A stretch of DNA of 64,000 nucleotides, from contig NOWV01000231.1 in the NCBI GenBank assembly GCA_003344405.1, positions 1-64,000 of the forward strand. Direction: 5' to 3'. The stretch is from Trichoplax sp. H2. Lineage: Eukaryota. The translations under genes were made by a program, and so were the position numbers. How positions within the stretch are numbered: position 1 is the stretch's first letter; each line of letters starts with the position of its first letter. Shown piece by piece: positions 54,276 to 64,000 of the stretch. The notes under the pieces were generated by a model. It was given only the letters and a program-made list of their open reading frames with translations, was not told the DNA's origin and searched no databases.

Positions 54276-55239
54276 TTTTTGTATTTTTTAATTTTGTTAA
54301 TTTACTGCTATCACAAAATAAATGTAAAACTATACAATTTTATATGTATACTATTTATATGTACTCTCTTATTCATTAGTTGCTTTGGTATCAGAAGGAA
54401 ATAATGGTTATTGTAAATAATGATATCGTAAACTTTAGTAAATATTAGCTTTATTATCTTTTTTCTGATTCCTTGTTATTGGAATCAGATAATTATGAAT
54501 CTGCCATATTTTATTACAGAAAGCCAAATTTCATTAATAGAGATACATTTAAAGTCTTATTTGTCTGATTACTGTGCATTATATATTCTGACTGACTAAC
54601 GAGACGTGAATAAATAAAGGGCTTTTTATTATGATTGGTTTTAAAAATTTTTTTAAATGTTGACTTTGAATACAAGTTGCGAGTATATTGCAAATTGGAA
54701 ACCAATATGTAGTACAATGTGCGTAGATTGTGTAGCCATACACGTAAATATGGCAATAAATGACGTAATTATCCTCATATAGCACACCATAAAATATACG
54801 ATACTGTACCTTTGTATGTAACCTCTACATTCATATTATTTTGTTACAGTTAGATATAGAATATGAATGTTACATTATATACTACGCGTTACTATTATTG
54901 TCATATTGAAATAAAATTAGTTTAAAACGCAGGCATTTTACTAGTGTGATTAACAGGATATAGCAGATATTAGCGATAAGTCAATGCTATAATAATTTTA
55001 CAGATTATATGGTATTAAGAGTTTTTAATTTTAACAGTGTCAGCCGAAATAAACTGAATATGTTCTGTAGAAATAAAATATAGTCAGCTAATTACCAAAT
55101 AAGAGACAATAATGGCATAAAAACATACTACGAACAACGTAAAATTGACATAGATTATAGTAAAGTAATCGTGCTATTTTCTGATGCAAAAGTGATCAGA
55201 AATAAAGCGTCGGATAGAAATTTTTCCTTATGTAAAGTA

Positions 55240-55720
55240 TAAACGTTAAATACACAGTGTTTTAAACCTCCTTTTATTACAAAGATTGGCCAATTTGATC
55301 ATTCTAGACAAAATATACTTAGCTTATAATTACCATACTTTGGGCATTGACTTCAAGACGAGTAAATTGATTTTGCACAATGTACCTCAGCGCTAGTATA
55401 CTATTGTCTTAATCTGCGTCAGCAGAGTATAAATGTGAAATGTATAGTGTTTTAAATCTCTTCTATAGCGAAGATTGACCAAATTTGATCATTCTAAGCA
55501 AGTGTACTTACGTAGGTCATGATTACCGAGCATGAGGTATAGTATTTTGACCTAACGACAATTAAACTTGATTTTGCACAATATACCTCAATACCACTAC
55601 TATACTGTTTACTTATACTGCATTAGCAATCAATTATGGAAATGCTATACGATCGTTAGTTTTCGACATATGTATATTACCTAAACGTTAAATATCTAGT
55701 GTTTTAAATCTGTATAGATA
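55240..55720. repeat. Two-plus degenerate ~190-bp direct repeats related to the Rab upstream element
   Basis: AGTGTTTTAAA..AAGATTG(G/A)CCAA(A)TTTGATCATTCTA..TTGATTTTGCACAAT at ~55256 and ~55446, with a partial copy at ~55697. Confidence 0.75.
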
Positions 55721-56400
55721 TTTACTGTATGCACAATATAGCGCAATAGAGATCCTTATCACGCTTAAGATGAATAATCGTGATTCTTATCCGAGTTATT
55801 CACCATGTTATAAGTTCATTCATCATGATTCTCAGTAAAATCTTTCTTATTCATTTGATTGATGTAGATTATATATCTTCTCTACTAAGATAAAGAAATG
55901 AAATGGTTTTATTGGGTATTAACTGATTTTCATTACTATGTTTAAGACTTGCTTGTATTAGCATTTTGCCGATCCTCTTGGAAATCAGTATTCAGCATAT
56001 GTACGAACTGTACGTTAATTTATTAGACTACTATCTATGAAATTGTAGAATGACACATTTGATGTCCTTGCATTTTAAAGCATACGCTAACCTAAATATA
56101 ACATTTGACAGTTGAGGCGTACTCACTCTCACCAAACAGAATTAATTGCAACACACACTCGAACCCAGGAAAATAGAAAACCTTATGCATTTCTTATGGT
56201 ATACTATTACTACATAGACCGCTCACATATCGATAAGTATATGGAGTGATTATGTTCTCATATTCAGGAATAGATCAAACAGTTATTACTAATAATATAA
56301 ACTTCTACTTTAACTGTAATTAGCCTCTTTTATTGTATCACATTCTCGAAAGATGCCCTATAGCATAGTACAAGACAGAAGGAAACTTCGCACATTAAGA

Positions 56401-59400
56401 TTAGTTCGCTGAAACACCACAACGCCATGACAAGTTCAAATTCTCGGCAATAACTGCATACATATCAGCAGCTTCTTCGATCTTATAGATTGAAACAATC
56501 ATTAAATCAAGTTAGGCAATTAGGTTTTTACTAAATTAAAAATTTGGATCATTAAAATGTAGATAACTAACAATTTTGGCCGTAGGCTTTCCAGCACCAT
56601 GTCCAGCTTTTGTCTCAATTCGAATGAGCAAAGGATTGATCTGTAAATGAGCCAAAAATATCATTATGAGCAGGAGAGAAAGAGAGCATATTATTATGAA
56701 ATTAAGTTACTTAAATAAACAATTAACCGCTTACTTGGTGCGGTAAAGAGCCAAGTTCATGTTGTATAGCAGCTATAAACTTATACGAATGCAGGGGAAC
56801 AACTCTATCATCATGGTCAGCTGTCATTAATAGTAATGCTGGATACTGTATATTAGGGTTTGAAGAGGCCTTAATGCTGTGGAGAGGCGAATATCTACAA
56901 GTATTACACAATGGCAATTGGTAATATTAGAGAGACAATTCAATGATACAATTAAAACGTGAACCGTAAGTTAATCTTACTTTATAAGATAATTAAACTC
57001 TTCTTCGCTATCACTGGCACAACCATAATCAGTGGTCCTATAAATAATTAGGATTATTAGATGATTACATGAGCGTCTGTATTGAATAATTTAAATCTCA
57101 AATGCTGCTTAATTAAATGTACCAAGCATGACCAATAGTGAATTTGTGAAACTTCAGCATATCGAGGACTCTGGATTAGAAATAATAAATAGATTAGCGT
57201 AAAACTTCTATTATTGTGAATTAGTTCATATTATGGACATTCATAAATAATATTCCGATAACAGCATTATACAAATATATACCCGACTTGACTTATGACA
57301 CAACGGAATAAATCTGGTCGTTGATTCATGCAGGCGCATACCAAAAGTCCGCCGTTCGAACCGCCATTGATTGCGATTAATCTTGAAGAGGTATATTTAT
57401 TATCAATTAGAAATTCCGCAGCCCCAATGAAATCATCAAAAACATTCTGTTTTTTGTCTTTTACACCAGCTTTATGCCACTTTTCTCCATATTCACTAAT
57501 TTTACGTCATTTCAAAATCAATATGAAGATTAAAATATCTAAATATTGTATAAGCTCTATACAGATGATTTTTATTTACTATAAATACAAATTAGATTGT
57601 GTATACCCTCCTCCTCTGATATTTGGCACAGCTAGAATACCTCCCAAATGATAGATAAACATCAATCTGGAAACACTGAAAAACGGAGTCAAGGAAATAT
57701 TAAAACCACCATAGCCGTACAAAAGTGTAGGGTGGCTACCATTCAGTTCAATTCCCTAAATATTCATAGAATTATAAGATATGTAATTATAGGAAGATAA
57801 AAGGCAATTTTTGATAAAAGTGAAATATTTTTACCTTTTTGTGAACAATAAACATTGGGATTGTAGTTCCATCCTTGCTTTTAAAGAAAACTTGACTTGT
57901 TACTAACTCAGATATATCAATGTCCTTCAGGTCAGTTTTCATAAATATCTATAAAAATAATTAATACCATTGTTGATAAACAGAAATTATATCATTTTCG
58001 ATTTATTAACCATTAATATGACTTTTACTTCAGACTGAATGTTGTCTTTTCGAAGATCACAGTAATAAATTGTTCCGGGTGTGAGAAAGGATTTGAACTG
58101 ATAGAAGATCTGTTAGTTTGCAAAAAATAGAAGACATTATTGAAGAAAAGAATTTGCGCTGGAAATATAGATCTTATTCACATAAATATACCTCAAATTG
58201 CGTTTTGCGGCCAGAGAAGCCAGCTATAGTCCCCACATCCAAAGGAAGAGTTGCAATTGAATCGCCCGAAATAGCGTCAAATATTAGAATAACATTCTAG
58301 AACAGAAAAGCTAGAATGACGATTTACTGAGTCAACTGTACTATACGATGGAAATAACATTTTAATTATGCTAGATTTATACCTTGACATCCTGAAGATA
58401 GCAAACAAATAATTTATTTTCTGCTATACATGTTGCCCATTCAAGTACATCTTTTGAATGTTCCGGTACAAGAGTTGTCCAGTTATTCTGTTATCGTCAT
58501 AAAACAATATTACGAACTTTACAAATATCCCTTAATCAATAAATTATCTACTGCTATCATTAAGAAGATTTATAAAAGTCAGATTTCGCCGTACGCATAG
58601 GCTTGAATCTCTGTTATTGTAGTGCAAGTATTAATGTATATTCATATCATTAACTCTTACCATATCAGGATTAGTAAGATCAATGTTAATAAGCTTATAG
58701 TTGGGAGCGTTCAAATTCGTCAAAAACGTAAAAATATTTCCAAAATTGGTAACGTATTCGTACTTTGCGTCAAAGTTGTCTACGACTTTAATATATGGCA
58801 ATCTTTCTGTAATTTTAAATTTAAAGATTTAGATATATTTTTTAAGTTTATAGAATACTAGCTATCGATAACCGTTCCCAGTGGAGGGATTAAACGTCTC
58901 TTTATGACTTGCAGTTATAAAATCTTATATCCATACTTATGCAGTGTAGGTGTGCACTGTACAGTTCAATCGCAATTTTTAATTTTTAACAGGCTAAATA
59001 ACATATCGTAAAGCTACTTTTTTATTCATACTAGAATGTTAACGTAGCCGCTATGTTTCCTAAATTCTAGGACTGCAATCATGCTTCTTTGCTTAATTTA
59101 ATAACTTTTACCGTAACTGACTAAAACGAACGAGATCGTAGTTGGAAAGATCGTTATTTATATAATAATTAATATTTATACGAACACTAGTACTTTTACA
59201 TAGTGTTGGATTAAACATTAACGAAGCTTTATACGAACATGCACATTTAATTAATATATAACATATTAACGCATGACGCAAGAAATTCTAAGCTTCTTAC
59301 CCTTTATACCATCAGTTAATTCAGCCAAATCGCAATAATAAAGTCGATTAACTGGATCACATCCTTCACATGCCTCCAAGACTACGTATCGACCGTCGTC

Positions 59401-62078
59401 GGTAACAGTTGCTTCACTGCAAAATTTTATATCGATTAACATTTTTTTTGTAACTCCAATGTATAGAAAATATCGTTTGTTTTAAAAACTGCAGAATTTA
59501 TGGTCTAATGAAACATTGCTGCAATGATTAATAACAGCTTGCAAACATTCTTAACGATTCGTAGAATTCGTTACTGCCTACTACTGACATAAAGTTTGTA
59601 TAATATTTTTAGAATTGTAATTATCACTGTCCTTTCAAATAAGATTATGTTCTAAGATACGTAAACGTACCAAATCCACTTTGGCTCATTGGGAAATTCT
59701 GCACAAAGAACATCTTCCGATTGTTGTGTTCCCAAATAGTGGTAATATAGCTTTTGATGAAGATTCTGCGAAGTTTCAGTTCCATCAGATTTGCTATCAA
59801 CATGATAACGATTATAAAAAACTCCTTTGTTATCATGGGTCCATGACAACGAACTAAACTTTACATCTTTTAATTCATCGGGCAACGTCTTTTGGCTATC
59901 AACTTCCATGAACTGTATGCGTACATGAATATAAGAATATTACTGCATAAAAATAGCGGTAAATTGATAGACTTTGTATTCGTAATATTGTACTAGTTTC
60001 GCACAATGAAACGTTTGGATAGCGGAATGTATAAGCAAATGTGCATATTTGATATCATTTCACAAATATTGATGAACGCAATTTAAGTATACCCTAAAAC
60101 ATTATGTCAACCTAGTTGAATGACACTGTATTCAGTAGTTCCCTTACTAATTACAGATAATTCAAACTATGACACTAACATGAATGGTTTTCCAATCTGA
60201 TCCACTCTTCGATAGAGTATAAGCAAAGTATTGTCCATCCTTAGTAAAAGCATGTCTTGATAGAGCAATTGTACCATCATCTGATAATTTATTGGGATCG
60301 AAAAACACAGTTCCTTCTCCATCGAGAGAGTCCTTAGTGTAGAGGACACTGGATAATTATGAAATATAAGCCATTAGGCATGTGCTAAGTATGTACCCAC
60401 ATGCAAAGTGTGAATTCATGACCTAATTGATATATTTCGCATGCTTATATATAGTACCGTAACAAGTACTGTATACCACTACTACAATACAGTAGATAGA
60501 TTATGGTGAGCTGCGCTACACTGTACAATATTATTGGAACTAGTGACAGGGTTACAGGATTAATTTGTTCTTTAATGCTAGCTGTACTCCCATAGTCACC
60601 TAGCAATATCTTGGCTGAATAGATTATCGTCTCCGTAAAGTACATGATGACTGCGAAATAAGTGTACTATCGATATTATGTATAATACTTAATACTTATT
60701 GCTCGTAAAATATTAATTGACGTTCTTTTGTAATATTTTCTTAATCTGGTACATCATTTATGATTCATCGAAGTTATGCATTTATACAGTAGATCTAATT
60801 TTATATCTTGCATTAACCATGAATTAAAAATTGATCGTTACTACATACGCGTATGTTAGAGTAAAACATCATCCTTTCAAGTTAATATAATTCTACGCGA
60901 GTAATTAAGCTAACCTTTGATTTTGTAATCCAGAATTATAAAAGTAAAAGTATCTGTTGCCGCGTTTAAAAGGGCATCCATATTTAGGATAATCGTACAA
61001 CTCTGTCAATCTAAAAGCGAATAAACAAAGCAGTCATTCAATAAGAATCGTTCAACTTTATCATACCAGTCTTCCAAGAATAATAAAATTCTACATCTTA
61101 TTAAAATGCTCGACTAGTCGACTTTAAATCGTTCAACCTTATCATAGCAGTCTTACAAGAATAATGAAATTGCGCATCTTACTGAAGTACTTTAATGCTT
61201 GACTGGTTTTAAATCGTTCAACTTTGTCAATACTAGTCTTACAGTACAAGAATGATGAGATTGTATATCTTATGAAAGTATTTCAATGCTCGACTTGTAT
61301 TACTTTCAATCGTTCAACCTTGTCCTACCAGTCTTACAAGTATAATGAAATTCTACATCCTATTAAAGAGTATTTCAATGCTCAACTTGTATACTGTACG
61401 TACTTTTAAATCTTGTCTTTGTTATAGCAGTCCTACAAGAATAATGAGATTCTACATCCTATTAAAGCATTCAAATATTGGACTTGTATACTTTAAATCG
61501 TTCAACGTTATCATACCAATTTTGTAGTATAAGAATAATGACATTCTACATACATACTATTAAAGTATTCAACAACTGGACTTGTATACTTTAAATCATT
61601 CAACCTTGTCCTACCCAGTCTGATAGTATCAGAATAACGAAATTCTACATTTCAATTCATATATTTCAATACGCGACTAGTATACTCCATTTAAATGGCT
61701 CAAGCTTGTCATAGCAGTCTTACACAAGAATAATGAAATTTCTACATCCTACTGAAGTATTCAAATGGTCGATTTGCATCCTTTAGAATTTACCCATTCA
61801 GGGTATACTAGAAACTAAAAGTTCTTCATTGTCACCTACGACTTGGTATTACTGTACCTGCTTTGATACTGTTGGCGAATTTTGCATTTTTTCAGATATG
61901 CATTGGTAATGTCATTTTGTGCCTTAACAAATTCCCTTGTCTCCTCACTGTCTGGATCTTCTAACCATTGATAAGGATCAGCTACTTGTTTTCCATGATA
62001 TGAATCAAAAACATTCTCTTGTCGATGGATTTTGGGATAATGAATTCTAGACTGGGTGCTGTTATCGGCGTCAGACAT
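56401..62078 (-). CDS. PREP: Prolyl endopeptidase / prolyl oligopeptidase (peptidase S9A, multi-exon)
   Basis: ATG at 62078 ([35 protein letters not shown]). Propeller exons include [20 protein letters not shown] and [11 protein letters not shown]. Catalytic motifs are [12 protein letters not shown] (Ser), [16 protein letters not shown] (Asp) and KAGHGAGKP (His). Stop at 56401-56403. Confidence 0.96.
61040..61790. repeat. ~80-105-bp degenerate tandem repeat, ~8 copies, in PREP intron 1
   Basis: AATCGTTCAAC(C/T)TT(A/G)TCATA(C/G)CAGTCTTACAAGAATAATGAAATTCTACATC..GACTTGTATACTTT at ~61046, 61127, 61212, 61308, 61389, 61496, 61594 and 61694. Confidence 0.9.
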
Positions 62079-62312
62079 GATGATCACAGGACGAAATTTT
62101 AGCTCTTTTCACAATTTCTGCTGCCAAGGCGCGTCAAATTCAACTCTTGGAAATTTTCAATGTTGATAATGTGTGAAATTGAGGTTATTGGAATGCTCTA
62201 TGGCCAATAGATTGTATCCAATTCAATGATTGGCAAGTGTTGTACGACTAATGTAGGACGAAAAAATCAGTTCTGGATTGCTAGGAAGCGACAAGGACCA
62301 GTTCTGGCAGCG

Positions 62313-62415
62313 GTTGTCTAGTAACGTATTCATTACCATGGTGCTGTATAGCCTAAAGGACTACTGAATAACTCTAGTACAGTATGACGCAGTATACTAG
62401 ACGTTGTATAGCAAC
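62313..62415. promoter_or_regulatory. Two RFX X-box-like palindromes upstream of PREP
   Basis: GTTGTCTAGTAAC (62313-62325) and GTTGTATAGCAAC (62403-62415). Confidence 0.4.
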
Positions 62416-64000
62416 AGCATCCATACTCCATATTGAATTTTAGATCTTTGAATATGCATTTGTTACTATACGTTTATACTTCTATATAGGATCAAAAAAG
62501 AAAATAATAACCGAGGCTAAGAGAACTTTCTCTTCAAAGTCCTAATAAAAGTAATGGAAAATTTACTAGATATGATAATTATAATCGATCTAAAATATAC
62601 GTATTTAGCTATTTACCTGAACGGCGCCTATAGTACGTGTATGCCAACATGTGGACTATTATTCACTGTACCATAGTAACAAATATTCCCTAGCTTTTAT
62701 CAACTATTTCTATAGGAATAGAATTAGCTTAGAAAGTACAGGAAATATGAAAAAATTACTTAATTTGGTGTACGGTGAATGATAGAGGATACTGTAACAT
62801 TGTATAGCTTATTAATGCTCCGTAGGGTGATAGTTTCTGATATTAATTCATGTACAGTACTCGTATAACCCGTATAATATCTTTCATTGGCCAAATTATT
62901 AATGATAATATAGGAGCAAAATTAAATAATAAATTACTCTTCTTATGACATGATTACTAAATCGACAGTAAATGAAGCAGGCAATGAGATTACGCTTTGT
63001 ACTGCAGTGAAAATTAAGAACTACGTTATTCTGCAGGTGACTATAGTAATTAAATTGATAGGGAATGAAATTAAGTCGAAATTGAATTATAGAATGAATT
63101 AGATAATCCATCATAAATTGCTATCATTTTGCAAAAGAGCTGTAATGTCATCTATACTGCACATAGTATTGCAATTACTGTTAGATCTTATTTAATTAAT
63201 TTATTGTAGCACCTTAATATGAAAACTAGGGTTATAATGTTATAAATCGAACGCTGACTTTTCTCGCAAATAATCAATGAAAAATAATAAATAAAAGCTA
63301 GAATATTTCCAATCTAGACTACTGACATTAGACACAGTATCCTCTTTTTTGGTTATATTAAGGTTTCATTACAATCATTTTGACCATGGCATTAATAAGA
63401 GTATTTGTACCTACATATATGTTAGTAAATGAAGGAAAGTCTGATAAAAGAAATTCCAATAACAGATTACAAGTAAACTTTGAAGAGCTTCGTCTGTAAA
63501 GTTGCATGACAGCCAACATGTTCATCTAAATACGCCGACTAAGAATATCCTTTACGATATTACTTTACAATCCGAAGCTCAAAATAAAACTCAGATTCGC
63601 AATAAGATTCAACCAAAATGTTGATAATAGACCTCATTTTATGGAGCAGTGTACAAGGTATACGGTCAGAAATTCCTGCAGCTAATATTGTAGTAAATGA
63701 GATTAACAAACTGCCAAGTAATGCGCAGTTTATACAGTCAATGTTGCATTTTAATTTAATGCCTGGAAGGACATTAATGTTGTACAATACAGCGTTTATT
63801 TGAAAAGTCTGACTTTCAAATTAATCAATAATATGAATATAAAAAATAAGTCACATGCTGCAACGATTGCACCGTCAAATCAATTGCTAAATTTCTCTTT
63901 CTAGAATAATAAAAAATTTTTAATTTTTACGATTAAAACTAAGTAGGTATATTCTTAGTCTGATAGTAAATTATTAACTTAATACTTACAAACTGATTAC

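Overview
AT-rich, intron-dense eukaryotic (animal) genomic DNA with many short (~65-100 nt) GT-AG introns. The style suggests an early-branching metazoan such as the placozoan Trichoplax, but that is inference only. Manual splicing reconstructs, in order: a 5'-truncated DNALI1/p28 axonemal dynein light intermediate chain (+), NMD3 (+), LRRC9 (+, with an internal degenerate PARP-like segment), UBR5/hyd HECT E3 ligase (-), a tandem array of Rab32/38-like genes (+; two intact but motif-divergent copies, one pseudogene and a possible fourth remnant) and prolyl endopeptidase PREP (-). There are also several tandem repeats (67, 98, ~170, ~90 bp). The most interesting observations are the birth-and-death Rab32 array with rewritten P-loop/switch motifs, a candidate intronic H/ACA snoRNA in NMD3, candidate 9- and 15-nt micro-exons in UBR5, RFX X-boxes upstream of LRRC9, an intronic repeat built from a duplicated exon/donor junction, and a perfect 15-bp hairpin with a Helitron-like end. 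No prokaryotic features or CRISPR arrays were seen. All homology calls come from recalled sequence motifs, not database searches.
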